64,000 bases of DNA from Dehalococcoidia bacterium (lineage in GTDB: Bacteria; Chloroflexota; Dehalococcoidia; Lucifugimonadales; Australimonadaceae). Under the pieces are notes generated by a model that saw only the letters and a list, made by a program, of their open reading frames with translations, made no database searches and was not told the origin of the DNA. The translations under genes were made by a program, and so were the position numbers. How positions within the stretch are numbered: the stretch's first letter is position 1; each line of letters opens with the position of its first letter. Of this stretch, positions 24,603 to 34,216 are shown in pieces. Location: NCBI GenBank assembly GCA_965219845.1, contig CBDCOP010000006.1, forward strand, positions 628,496-692,495. The letters run 5' to 3'.

Positions 24603-25370
24603 TCATAGCCCCGTGTGGCGGACGTAGGCCGCGTCGCGGTGGTCGTCCAGCCACTCCTGGTTGCCCCATTCGCCGCGGGCGACGCCGTCGCGCACGTCCG
24701 GGCGAGGCGGCTCCCAGCGCTTCGCTGCGTCGTCGGCGAGGTAGCGCTCCTCGATAGCCTCCGGCGTGCCGACGAGCATCGCGCGCCACGTCAGCTCGGC
24801 CTGCTCCTCGGCGTCGGCGGCGGCAAGCATCGACTTCGAGACCGTCGTGCCGACGAACACCATGCCGTGCCCGCGCAGGTGGCAGGCGACGTTCCCGCCG
24901 AGCAGCGCAGCGACCGCCGCGCCCTTCTCCGGCGAGTCGACGGCGTCAGGCGGCCCGGTGTAGACCGCCCACCGCTCGGCGGCGACGGACGCCGTCGGCG
25001 GATGGATGACGGGCAGCACGTCGCGCCCGGCGAGACCGAACACCGTGCACCACTTCTGGTGCGTGTGCGTGACGGCGTTCACCTCGGGCCGCGCCTTGTA
25101 GATCTCCGTGTGCAGCGCCCACGAGCCGACGCGCCCCGGGTAGCGCTCGGACGCCTGCACGACGTTGCCGTCGAGGTCGATGAGCATGACGTCGTCGGGC
25201 TCGACGCGCTCGAGGCTGACGGCGGGCGTCGCGCGGATGAGGACAAGGTCCGAGTCCGGCACGCGCGCGCTCACGTGTCCCTGGTACGCGCCGAGGCCAT
25301 AGTGGTGCAGCAGGCGGTTCGCCAGCGCCACCTGCTCGCGCAACGCCTGCAGTTGTGCCTCGTCCGTCAT
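24603..25370 (-). CDS. Class II aldolase/adducin-family protein (paralog)
   Basis: 255 aa with 'GHVSARVP...VLIRA' and 'HTEIYKARPEVNAVTHTHQKW'. Confidence 0.85.
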   Translation of the reverse strand: MTDEAQLQALREQVALANRLLHHYGLGAYQGHVSARVPDSDLVLIRATPAVSLERVEPDDVMLIDLDGNVVQASERYPGRVGSWALHTEIYKARPEVNAVTHTHQKWCTVFGLAGRDVLPVIHPPTASVAAERWAVYTGPPDAVDSPEKGAAVAALLGGNVACHLRGHGMVFVGTTVSKSMLAAADAEEQAELTWRAMLVGTPEAIEERYLADDAAKRWEPPRPDVRDGVARGEWGNQEWLDDHRDAAYVRHTGL

Positions 25371-25410
25371 GGCGCGGATGCTACCACAGGCGGTGGCGCG
25401 GAGAAGGAAG

Positions 25411-25660
25411 GTGGAGTTGTCATGCTGAGCGCAGCCGAAGCATCTCTCAGGTTGTCTGCTCCCTCTCCCGATGCGGGGGCGAGGGTTGTGGCGGCCGGGC
25501 GGAGGTTGTCATGCTGAGCGTAGCCCGTTGAACGGTGCCGAGGCACGGGGTGGAGTTGTCATGCTGAGCGCAGCCGAAGCATCTCTCAGGGAGGGTCGAG
25601 AAAGAGCCGCGTCCGCCCGAGAGATTCCTCGACTCCGCTGCGCTCCGCTCGGAATGACAA
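25411..25660. repeat. Cluster of short dispersed repeats (family C x2.5 plus a 'ggaatgac' type)
   Basis: 'gtggagttgtcatgctgagcgcagccgaagcatctctcagg' occurs at 25411-25451 and 25550-25590, with a variant at 25501-25548. 'gattcctcgactccgctgcgctccgctcggaatgacaa' occurs at 25623-25660. Confidence 0.8.
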
Positions 25661-25734
25661 GCCACACTGTTGGCGCTCGTTGACTGCCCGAGCGCAGCAC
25701 GTAAAATTGCTCCGCCCCCGGCTGACCAGGCCCC

Positions 25735-27271
25735 ATGGACATCCAGCCCGTCATCGTCGCCGTCTTCGCCGCGTACTTCCTCGCGCTGATCGGCATCACC
25801 GTCGTCGGCGCCCGCCGGATGCGCGAGATGTCGGACTACGTGCTCGCCGGCAGGAAGATAAGCACGTTCACGTCGGCGCTGAGCGCCAGCTCGTCGAGCA
25901 GCAGCGGCTGGACGGATGCTCGTGTTCCCCGCGCTGGCGTTCTCCGAAGGCACCGTGCACCTGTGGACGGTGATGGGCCTCGTAGCCGGCGCGTGGCTCT
26001 CCTGGACCATCCTGGGAAAGCGGCTCGGCGCTACACGATAGCCGAGGAGTCGCTCACGCTGCCGGACTTCTTCGAGAAACGCTTCGGGGACAGGACGGGT
26101 ACGCTGCGGGCGCTATCGGCAGTGCTGACGATGTTCTTCATCATGTTCTACGTGAACTCCGGCCTGATCGCGGGCGCGAAACTGCTTCAGACGATCTTCG
26201 GGCTGGAGCACAACCCGAGCGTGCTGATAACGCTCATGGCCGTCGTGTCGTACACGTTCATCAGCGGTTTCATGGCCGTCTCCCGGACGGACGTGTTCCA
26301 GTCGCTCGTGATGCTGGGGAGTTTCATCATCCTGCCGCTGACGCTCATCGTGGCCACGGCTGAACCGTTCTCAGGGGTTGGCGGACCGCCCGGCTTCCTG
26401 GACCCGCTGACCGGACGCCGCGAACGACCCCATCACAGCCATATTCGTCCTCTCGGCCATCGGCTGGGGCCTCGGCGCCCTGGGGTCGCAGCGCATCCTG
26501 CAGCGGTTCATGGCGATAGAAAGCGAGGCGAAGATCACCTCCAGCCGCAACATCGGCGTCACCTGGATCGTGCTCATCTTCTCGTTGGGGTTCCTGTTCG
26601 GGGTGGTCGCGCGCCCCGCGCTGACGCAGATGGGGCTGATGGGCGAGCTGGTGGGAGCGACGGGTGTCTTCGACCCGGAACTCGTGTACTTCGTGGTCTC
26701 GGGAGGGTTCTTCCTGCCCGTCTTCACGGGGGTGCTGCTCACGGGGGTCATCGCGGCCATCATGAGCACGGCGGACTCGCAACTGCTGCTGGGCTCCGCC
26801 ATCGCCACGGACGACCTGCCGCTGATGAAGCGCCTAGCGCGGCGTCTGGAGCGTACGCACGTGGTGGGAGCGTCCGGCAGAGTGTGGCTGGGCCGTGGGC
26901 TGCTGCTGGCCACCGGAGGAGCCGCCGGAGTATCCGCCATCACCGCGCCGGACTCGGTGCTGAACCTCGTCGCCTACGCATGGGGCGGCATGGGGGCAGC
27001 GTTCGGGCCGGTGACAATCCTCGCGCTCTACTGGCGGAGGTTCAACTTCCAGGGCGCGATGGCGTCAATCGTCGCGGGCACGGTGGTCGTGAGCATCTGG
27101 CAGGTCAGCTCAGGCGGCCCCTGGGGGATGTTCGACATGGCGGTCGCGACCGTGCCCGGCTTCATCGCCGCCGGCCTGGCGGGCATCGCCGCCACGCTGC
27201 TCACGTCGCCGCCTTCCGCCGAGATCACGGCGCAGTTCGACCGCGTCAACGCGGACGCGCAGCCTGCGTAG
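25735..27271 (+). pseudogene. Sodium:solute symporter (SSS/PutP-like), interrupted by three frameshifts
   Basis: SSS-like sequence is split over frames. Frame 1 carries 25735-~25905 ('YVLAGRKISTFTSALSA'). Another frame carries ~25912-26030 ('MLVFPALAFSEGTVHLWTVMGLVAGAWLSWTILGKRLG'). Frame 1 resumes for ~26035-26415 ('YTIAEESLTLPDFFEKRFGD...'). Frame 2 runs from ~26420 to 27271 ('TAIFVLSAIGWGLGALGSQRILQRFMAIES...'). Confidence 0.7.
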
Positions 27272-27344
27272 CTGCCCTAGTAGCCGCCCGCCGTCCGTTC
27301 CCGCGAAAGCGGGAATCCAGCCGCGCGGGGAGCGCTCGGCCGGT

Positions 27345-27737
27345 TCACACCGACACGATCGGCAGGCCATGCAGCCGCGCGAAGTGCCTCCGGTTGTTGG
27401 TGAGCAGCGTGAGGCCGTGACGGATTGCGGTGGCGCCTATCAACAGATCGAAATCGCTTATCAGCGTCCCGGTGGTCCTCAGCCTCCGGCGCTCCTCTGC
27501 GAATATCCTACACACCGTGAGGTCAACCGCCATTACGTCGATATCGGCAAGGAAGTCCAGCAATGCGCTTTCGTCGGCCTGAGGATCGTCAGCCCCCAGG
27601 ACTCCCTCATACAGTTCGGCGAGCGACACGATGCTCAGGCCGATGCCTTGCGGCCTCAACTCGTCGAAACGCTGCGCTACTGCCTGGATGCCGTTCAGAT
27701 AGTCGATGACCCAGTCCGTGTCCACCAGGAACTGCAA
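27345..27737 (-). CDS. vapC: PIN-domain toxin VapC
   Basis: 130 aa with 'MQFLVDTDWVIDYL' and 'DLLIGATAIRHGLTLLTNNRRHF'. Its TTG start directly follows the antitoxin stop. Confidence 0.85.
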   Translation of the reverse strand: MQFLVDTDWVIDYLNGIQAVAQRFDELRPQGIGLSIVSLAELYEGVLGADDPQADESALLDFLADIDVMAVDLTVCRIFAEERRRLRTTGTLISDFDLLIGATAIRHGLTLLTNNRRHFARLHGLPIVSV

Positions 27738-27980
27738 CTAAGACAACTCCTGACGGTCCCGCGAGCCGGTTATACGCGCCTCATGGAGCACGCGCTTCAG
27801 CCGTTCTCCGGCGTCTGGTCTTCCCCACGCACCAGCGGACGCCTTGGAACGCCGCCGTCTCTGCTCCCCGGTTTCAGCCAGCCCGGCGTCGAGCGTTATG
27901 AGCACCTCTGTGCCCTCTTCGAGGTCGAGGCGTTCCAATGGCTTGAGCACACCCTCTGAGAACCTGGCTTTCAGCTGCAT
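27738..27980 (-). CDS. DUF104/AF2212-like antitoxin
   Basis: ORF 27738..28118 trimmed to 'MQLKARFSEGVLKPLERLDLEEGTEVLITLD' (CAT 27978-80), the typical DUF104 N-terminus. Confidence 0.6.
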   Translation of the reverse strand: MQLKARFSEGVLKPLERLDLEEGTEVLITLDAGLAETGEQRRRRSKASAGAWGRPDAGERLKRVLHEARITGSRDRQELS

Positions 27981-28192
27981 GATCGTGCCGTTCCTTTCCG
28001 CCTCAGTCCGCAACCAGTTTGCCGGATGGCGAAGGGCCGATGCAAGCGCGGCTAGCCGCCCGGCGCGTCGTGGTGCCAGCCTGAGCCAAACACCAGCCCG
28101 TCGTGCTCCACCACCCAAACTTGCTATGCAATCCCCTCATGGTATGCTCCCCTAAGTCCCACAGGGACTAGTTCAGAGCATTCCAAGCGACG

Positions 28193-29227
28193 ATGACTGC
28201 TGCGATCCTCTACCCCGTAGCCCGCGCCAACGACGGCCAGCTAATGCACATCACCATGGCCGCCAAGGGAACCGTTGCGTACTGCTTCGGCTGCGACGCA
28301 GCAATGGTCCCGCATCAGGGACCGCAGCGGCAGTGGCACTTCCATCACAAGACGCACAACAGGTGCGACCCCGACCGCGCCCTGCACATCGCCGCGGTCG
28401 CCGCCATCACCAAAGGCATCGACTCCGCCATTTGCACTAGACGGCCATACCTCTTGAAACGCGGCTGCATACGGTGCGGACAGCTGATCGAACAGGACAT
28501 CGCAACGCCCAATGCAGCGGTCAAAGCCGAGAAGATGCTCCTACAGAGAGACGACATCGAGCTGAAACGACGCACTCTGCCAGACGTCGCGGTCTACGCC
28601 GCAGACGGCACTACGATGGTGGTCGAGGTGGTCGTCTCGCATGACCTTGAAGACAAGACACGCGAGGTGTACGAACAGGCAGCGATTCCTGTCTATCGCG
28701 TGTACCCGGACTGGCAAACCTTGCCAGAGCTACAGCACGCAGCCTCCGCCAGAGACGCGCTGAACATGCCGAGCCCTTGGTGCACGGATTGCCGACAGCG
28801 GGCCAAGCAGGCTGCGAAACAGCAAGCCGAGCAGGCCCGCGAACAGCAGGCCAAGCTCGCAGAACGGGACCTTATGGCACGATCCGTACCGGAGTTGCAC
28901 ATACCCAAGCTCCCACACGCGGCACAGTCGCGAGGCATCTGTATGGACCTTGAGCCCGGCGATTGCATCATCGGCACCTTCACCGGGGTGGACATGCCCG
29001 GCAGCCGCAACGTACCGCCCAGGGCCGCGCCGCGCTGGAACTTCGAGGACCCCGCCACAGGCGTAGGCATCTGCGTCCCCATCTGGCCCAACAAACTTCG
29101 AGCAGGCGCGCACCGCCACCTAATAGGCCAGAGGTGCATCCTGACCTGTTGGCAAGAAGGCACGAGCATGACCGGCAACCGGAACTTCCGATTCAAGCTC
29201 AATGCTATGCCGCCAGCCGCAGCATAG
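28193..29227 (+). CDS. CoiA-like / PD-(D/E)xK-fold hypothetical protein with coiled-coil and an extra C-terminal domain
   Basis: 344 aa. The N-terminus 'YCFGCDAAMVPHQGPQRQWHFHHKTHNRC' resembles the CoiA zinc-ribbon plus WHFAH motif. 'LPDVAVYAADGTTMVVEVVVSH' resembles a PD..(D/E)xK nuclease core. A Q/A/K-rich helix and a ~120-aa domain of unknown fold follow. Confidence 0.5.
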   Translation: MTAAILYPVARANDGQLMHITMAAKGTVAYCFGCDAAMVPHQGPQRQWHFHHKTHNRCDPDRALHIAAVAAITKGIDSAICTRRPYLLKRGCIRCGQLIEQDIATPNAAVKAEKMLLQRDDIELKRRTLPDVAVYAADGTTMVVEVVVSHDLEDKTREVYEQAAIPVYRVYPDWQTLPELQHAASARDALNMPSPWCTDCRQRAKQAAKQQAEQAREQQAKLAERDLMARSVPELHIPKLPHAAQSRGICMDLEPGDCIIGTFTGVDMPGSRNVPPRAAPRWNFEDPATGVGICVPIWPNKLRAGAHRHLIGQRCILTCWQEGTSMTGNRNFRFKLNAMPPAAA

Positions 29228-29506
29228 GGCTCCCCCGCTACCACCCCACCGGCGGGCGCAATAATAGAGGCGGTCGCATTTATCGTGATCGTCAGTCACA
29301 TTCTAGCCCGATAGGAGGGCCGACATCGCGGAGGTCGCCCTCAGCCGCATTGTTATGAAATCAGTAGCCCGTGGTGAGCCCGTCGAACCACGGGCGCACT
29401 GACATCCGCCCCTTACGCATTCGCCCCCGCCCGCCCTACTATGGTTCCGGCTGCGAGGCCCGGCACCCGGGCGGAGCATCCAGCCCTGCTCAGGAGTGCG
29501 GTGGCG

Positions 29507-29590
29507 CAGAATGTCCCGAAATGTCCCACCCAGACCAACGCACGGGGCGGGCCTCAGAGGTGGAATGTTGCTGAATGTTGCGAAATGTTA
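29507..29590. promoter_or_regulatory. Array of five (G/A)AATGT pentamers with 10-bp phasing
   Basis: AATGT occurs at 29510, 29520, 29564, 29574 and 29584, which is 175-255 bp upstream of the aldo/keto reductase start. Confidence 0.3.
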
Positions 29591-29763
29591 CAGGTTCTCC
29601 ACGGACGCACTCCTGGCGGCCCCGTCCCCACGAATGAACGGCATGCCTCATTCGGCGCCATCCGCGCTCGCAAGCGCGCAGGCGCGTTCGGTGCACGTCG
29701 TGGCGCATCTGCCGCTGCGGTACACTCTCCCCGCTCCTGAGCAAGCGTAGAAGGAGGGCTACG

Positions 29764-30813
29764 TTGGAATACCGAGAGGTTGGCAATACTGGTGTCCAGG
29801 TCTCTGAGATCGGGTTCGGCGGAGGCGGCAACGCCGGGCTGATGGTGCGCGGCACGCCCAAGCAACAGCGCGAGGCCGTCGCGCGCGCCATCGAGTTGGG
29901 CATCAACTACTTCGACCAGGCGCCCGACTACGGCGACAGAGTCTCGGAGACGAACCTCGGTCGGCTGATGAAAGAGCTCAGCTTCCGGCCGTACATCACC
30001 ACCAAGGTCGAAGTGCGCGCCGAAAACCTGGACGACATCGCCGGTCACGTGACCCGCTCGCTGGACGAGAGCCTGAAGTGCCTCGGCGTCGACTACGTCG
30101 ACTTCCTCCAGGTCCACAACGGCGCCCAGATGGAGCGCCCCGAGCTGTCCGGCCGCACCTACACCTGGCTATGGATCGAGGACTACCTGAGGCCGGGCGG
30201 CGCACTGGAAGGACTGCAGCGAGCGCAGCAGAGCGGAAAGGCGCGCTTCATCGGGTTCATCACACGTGGCGGCGACGGCGAAGCCGCCCGCCAACTGATC
30301 GACACCGGCGTCTTCAGCCTCATCAACGTCTCGGTCAACCTGCTCAACCCGTCGGCTGGGATGAAGCCCTACGGAATGCGCGTCGACGCTGACTACGACG
30401 GCATCCTGAACTATGCGGCGGCGCATGGGGTCGGAGCCTCCGTCTATGCCCCGCTGGCAGGCGGGTTCCTCAACGACAATGCCGTCAAGGGAGGAGGATC
30501 GCACCCGCTCGCGCAGGGGCCGCGCACCCCGGAAGCCGCCGAGGAGGGACTCCGGCGAGCGCGGGCGCTGGGGTTCCTGTCGCGGAACCTCAATCCCGAC
30601 ACCCAGGAGGACGACCATAGCCTGGCGGAGGCCGCGATCCGTTTCGTCCTTTCGCTCAACGGGGTGTCGACGGTGCTCGGCGGCTTCTCCGACGCCACGC
30701 AGGTTGAGGAGAACGCCGCCTGCTCCGGCAAGGGCCCGCTCTCCGTGAAGAACATGAAGCGCATCGAGATGGCATGGCGGGCCAACTTCGGCCTCGATGC
30801 GCCGGCGGACTAG
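29764..30813 (+). CDS. Aldo/keto reductase
   Basis: 349 aa with a TTG start and an RBS 'gaaggaggg'. It has 'MEYREVGNTGVQVSEIGFGG', 'INYFDQAPDYG' and the AKR pattern throughout. Confidence 0.9.
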   Translation: MEYREVGNTGVQVSEIGFGGGGNAGLMVRGTPKQQREAVARAIELGINYFDQAPDYGDRVSETNLGRLMKELSFRPYITTKVEVRAENLDDIAGHVTRSLDESLKCLGVDYVDFLQVHNGAQMERPELSGRTYTWLWIEDYLRPGGALEGLQRAQQSGKARFIGFITRGGDGEAARQLIDTGVFSLINVSVNLLNPSAGMKPYGMRVDADYDGILNYAAAHGVGASVYAPLAGGFLNDNAVKGGGSHPLAQGPRTPEAAEEGLRRARALGFLSRNLNPDTQEDDHSLAEAAIRFVLSLNGVSTVLGGFSDATQVEENAACSGKGPLSVKNMKRIEMAWRANFGLDAPAD

Positions 30814-30846
30814 GGGATGGGAGAAGGAGCGCTCAGCACCGTCGAA

Positions 30847-31248
30847 CTAGAACGGGTTGAAGACCGGGGCACCCGTGGGCTCGAAGTGCCGGACGTTGCG
30901 GGTCACGACGGTCAGGCCGTGTTCGAGGGCCGTAGCAGCGATGAAGAGGTCGGTGTTGTCATGGCCGAGTGCGCCGGACAGAATACCCCACCGCCGAGCC
31001 ACGGCCAGGTCGACGGTCAGGATGCGTTCGGCATACACGGCCAACATGCCGTCCAGCCACGTCGCCAGGGTTCGCGCGAACTCAGGGCTGCGGCGCTCCT
31101 GGCGGGCTATGCCTCGCTCCATCTCACCGATCGACACCACGCTGATGTAGAGGTCAGACATCCGCTGAGCCGACATCCAGTCCAGCAGGCCAGGGTTGCG
31201 GTCGCGCTTGCGGAATGCCGACAACACGTCGGTGTCGAGGAGGAACAT
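30847..31248 (-). CDS. vapC: PIN-domain toxin VapC (FitB-like)
   Basis: Trimmed to 'MFLLDTDVLSAFRK' (CAT 31246-48), with 'DLFIAATALEHGLTVVTRNVRHF'. The start overlaps the antitoxin stop by 1 nt. Confidence 0.85.
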   Translation of the reverse strand: MFLLDTDVLSAFRKRDRNPGLLDWMSAQRMSDLYISVVSIGEMERGIARQERRSPEFARTLATWLDGMLAVYAERILTVDLAVARRWGILSGALGHDNTDLFIAATALEHGLTVVTRNVRHFEPTGAPVFNPF

Positions 31249-31511
31249 CAGAATTCGACGTCCCGGACCTGTATGGGCCACCGTTCAAATTCCCCATCGT
31301 CCTGTGGCATGGCAAGCAGCATCTCCACGAACGTCGGCGCCTCTGCCCTTTCGACGCGCCGCAGGCGCTCGTACTCCTCGACCGCCAGCACGACCACCGC
31401 GGGCTTGCCGCGCCGGGTCACGCATTGCGGCTCGCCTGTAAGTGCGGCGTCGACGACGGCGCTGAAGCGGTTCTTGGCATCCTGCAACTGCCACTCGGTC
31501 ATTGCGTCCAT
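31248..31511 (-). CDS. Phd/YefM-family antitoxin
   Basis: 87 aa with 'WQLQDAKNRFSAVVDAALTGEPQCVTRRGKPAVVVLAVEEYERL'. Confidence 0.8.
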   Translation of the reverse strand: MDAMTEWQLQDAKNRFSAVVDAALTGEPQCVTRRGKPAVVVLAVEEYERLRRVERAEAPTFVEMLLAMPQDDGEFERWPIQVRDVEF

Positions 31512-31577
31512 CCTGTCCAGTTCTTCTGGCTAGATTATCACGCTGGCCAGCAATGGAGTCAAACGCAGCGTGTGGCT

Positions 31578-31973
31578 CTACTCAGTAGCGTCGAGGCGGT
31601 TCAAGTGTCCGGGCCAGTCCAGGATGCGCCGGTCGCCGGTCACCAGCCGGTGACCTTCAAGGGCCGTAGCGACGATAATGCGGTCAGCGGGATCCCCGTG
31701 CATGCCTGACAGAAGCCCGGCGCGCACTGCGATAGAGCCGTCTACAGGTATCTCGATCACTCCCTGGCCCAGGTTTTCCCTACGCCATGCGTCGGCGTCC
31801 AGGGGAAGCGTGATGCGTCCTCTCGCAGCGAGCATCGCCGCCTCCCAGTACGAAATGGCCGAGACGGCGAGGTCGTCGGCCTGCCACGCCTCCTCGATCT
31901 CCCTGCGTGCGTGCGAGCCCAATCGCGCGTCTCCCAATCGCAGCCACACCAGCGCGTGCGTATCCAGCAGCAT
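31578..31973 (-). CDS. vapC: PIN-domain toxin VapC
   Basis: Trimmed to 'MLLDTHALVWL' (CAT 31971-73), with 'DPADRIIVATALEGHRLVTGDRRI'. There is a 1-nt overlap with the antitoxin stop. Confidence 0.8.
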   Translation of the reverse strand: MLLDTHALVWLRLGDARLGSHARREIEEAWQADDLAVSAISYWEAAMLAARGRITLPLDADAWRRENLGQGVIEIPVDGSIAVRAGLLSGMHGDPADRIIVATALEGHRLVTGDRRILDWPGHLNRLDATE

Positions 31974-32239
31974 CAAAGCAGGTCGTCCCAGTTCCTGCCG
32001 GACTCGGCCTCCCACTCCACGTCGATGGGTTCGACGATGTCGCCGAGTATCACGATCTTGTCACGGTCGATGCCGAAGAGTGACTTCGGTTTCTCCCGGT
32101 AGGGCATCAGCCGTGACACGGGGCGTCCGTTCTTCGTGATGACGATCTCCTCGCCGGTTGCGGCGACCTCGTCCATGAGTTGCAGGCACTTCGCCTTGAA
32201 CTCCGATGCCTTGATGGTCCTGACCGTCCCTGCTGCCAT
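31973..32239 (-). CDS. Phd/YefM-family antitoxin
   Basis: 88 aa with 'IKASEFKAKCLQLMDEVAATGEEIVITKNGRPVSRLMPY'. Confidence 0.8.
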   Translation of the reverse strand: MAAGTVRTIKASEFKAKCLQLMDEVAATGEEIVITKNGRPVSRLMPYREKPKSLFGIDRDKIVILGDIVEPIDVEWEAESGRNWDDLL

Positions 32240-32358
32240 CTCACGTCCTCACGTCTGAGTCTGCGGTAAGTATACCATGGTCATGACCATGGTCATATCA
32301 GCCGTCCACTCCCCTGCTCTACCTGTTACACTCCCGCCATCCCCACCGGAGACACCCG

Positions 32359-34074
32359 ATGACCGACGCCACGCCGACCCGCATGACCGTCACCAAGAGC
32401 GAGGCACGCGCGGCGCGGGGGATGGTCGCGACGAAGGACATCCACGCGACGCGGACTGGCCTGCAGATGCTGGAGAGCGGCGGCAATGCGGTCGATGCGG
32501 CGGTAGCGGCGTGCTTCGCCGTCGGCGTGGTAGAGCCGGAATCCAGCGGCATCGGCGGAGGCGGCTACCTCGTCTACCAGGTCGGCGATAAGGGTGGCGT
32601 CGTTGGCTTCCCGATGCGTGGGCCGCTCGACGCCCGCCCGGACATGTACGAGCTCACCGGCGAGGCCGCCGTCGGCAACTTCGGCTGGCCCGGCGTCGTC
32701 GGCAATGAGAACCTCGACGGCCCCCGATCGATCGCCGTGCCCGGAGCCGTGGCGGGGCTGTGCGAAGCGCACCGGCTGTTCGGAAGGCTGCCGCTGCGTG
32801 AGGTGCTCGCGCCCGCGGTATCACTCGCGCGGGACGGCCACTCACCCGGCTGGCAGAACATCTACTCGTGGGGACTCCTCACCCACCGGCTCTTCGCGTT
32901 CGAGGAGCTGCGCCGCATCCTCATGCCCGACAGGCGGCTCCCGGCAGGCGACGCGACCACTCCCGCGTTCCTCCGCCAGCCGGAGCTGGCCGACGTGCTG
33001 GAGGCCGTCGGGCGCGATGGCCCGCAGGCGTTCTACACCGGCGACGTCGCCAGCACGCTCGTGTCGGACATCCGGGCGAACGGCGGCATCCTCTCCCAGC
33101 AGGACCTCGCGGAGTACCGGCCGTTCGTGTGGGAAGACGGGCTGGAGGTCCCGTACGCCGGTTGCACGGTGCGCGTGCCCCCGTTCGCCTGCGCCGGAAC
33201 GACCTCCGCGATGACGCTCCGCCTGCTGGACCGCTTCGACATGCGCTCGATGGGGCACAACTCCCCCGACGCGCTCCACGTCTACATCTGGAGCGCACGC
33301 CTCGCGTACGCCGACCGGTTCGCGTACCTCGCCGACCCCGCGTTCGTCGCCGCGCCGTGGCAGGGCCTCGTCTCCGACGGCTACTCCGACCTGCGGCGCG
33401 GTCTGATCGACATGCAGCGGCTCGGCCCCATCGAGCAGGGCGACCCGTGGGCATTCGACGACGGCGCGCCGGGCGAGCGGCTGCCCGCGAGCGCGCCCGC
33501 GCTCGACTCCGGCACGACGCACCTGTGCGTCATCGACGCCGAGGGCAACGCGGTATCGCTCACGAACACGCTCATGGCTGGCTTCGGCTCCGGGTTCGTA
33601 CCGAAGGGCGCCGGCGTCGTGATGAACAACGGCATGATGTGGTTCGATCCGGTGCCCGGGCGCGTGAACTCGATCATGCCCGGCAAGTACCCACTCAACA
33701 ACATGACCCCTGCCCTCGTGCTGGACGGCAGCGGTGTCCGCCTCGCGGTCGGCGCGACCGGCGGACGACGGATAACGAACTGCGTCACACAGCTCATCTC
33801 CAAGGTGCTCGATTTCGGCATGGGCCCGCAGGATGCGATAGACGCTCCGCGCGTCGACTGCTCGCAACCCGCGACGCTCGTCCACCGGGACCTGCCCTCC
33901 GGCGTAGCCGCCGAACTCGAACGGCGCGGCCACCGCATCCAGGTCATCGGCGAGGAACACGTGCAGGGCGGCTTCGCCAGCTTCGCGAGCCCCGTCGCCA
34001 TCGTGCGCGACCCGGACGGGACCTTCCGCGCAGGCGCGGACACGTTCCACTCAGCCTACGCCGAGGGGCTGTAG
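32359..34074 (+). CDS. ggt: Gamma-glutamyltransferase family protein
   Basis: 571 aa. It has the GGT pattern, including the autoprocessing/nucleophile site 'DSGTTHLCVID' and 'GATGGRRI'. Confidence 0.9.
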   Translation: MTDATPTRMTVTKSEARAARGMVATKDIHATRTGLQMLESGGNAVDAAVAACFAVGVVEPESSGIGGGGYLVYQVGDKGGVVGFPMRGPLDARPDMYELTGEAAVGNFGWPGVVGNENLDGPRSIAVPGAVAGLCEAHRLFGRLPLREVLAPAVSLARDGHSPGWQNIYSWGLLTHRLFAFEELRRILMPDRRLPAGDATTPAFLRQPELADVLEAVGRDGPQAFYTGDVASTLVSDIRANGGILSQQDLAEYRPFVWEDGLEVPYAGCTVRVPPFACAGTTSAMTLRLLDRFDMRSMGHNSPDALHVYIWSARLAYADRFAYLADPAFVAAPWQGLVSDGYSDLRRGLIDMQRLGPIEQGDPWAFDDGAPGERLPASAPALDSGTTHLCVIDAEGNAVSLTNTLMAGFGSGFVPKGAGVVMNNGMMWFDPVPGRVNSIMPGKYPLNNMTPALVLDGSGVRLAVGATGGRRITNCVTQLISKVLDFGMGPQDAIDAPRVDCSQPATLVHRDLPSGVAAELERRGHRIQVIGEEHVQGGFASFASPVAIVRDPDGTFRAGADTFHSAYAEGL

Positions 34075-34216
34075 CGGGGGTGACATCCACATCGATGGAC
34101 AGGATGCACAGGGTACCCCCTACCCGTTCGTGGTGAGCCTCCCGTTCGTGGTGAGCCTGTCGAACCACGGTCACCTACGCTTTGCTTCCCATCGCAGCAT
34201 CATCGAAGATAGGCAT

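Noticed and set aside
25735-27420. Track ORF of 561 aa taken as an intact transporter
   Set aside because: Only parts of it are in the SSS-like frame. The remaining stretches are Arg/Pro-rich nonsense, and the true C-terminal half is in ORF 26510..27271. It was called a frameshifted pseudogene instead.
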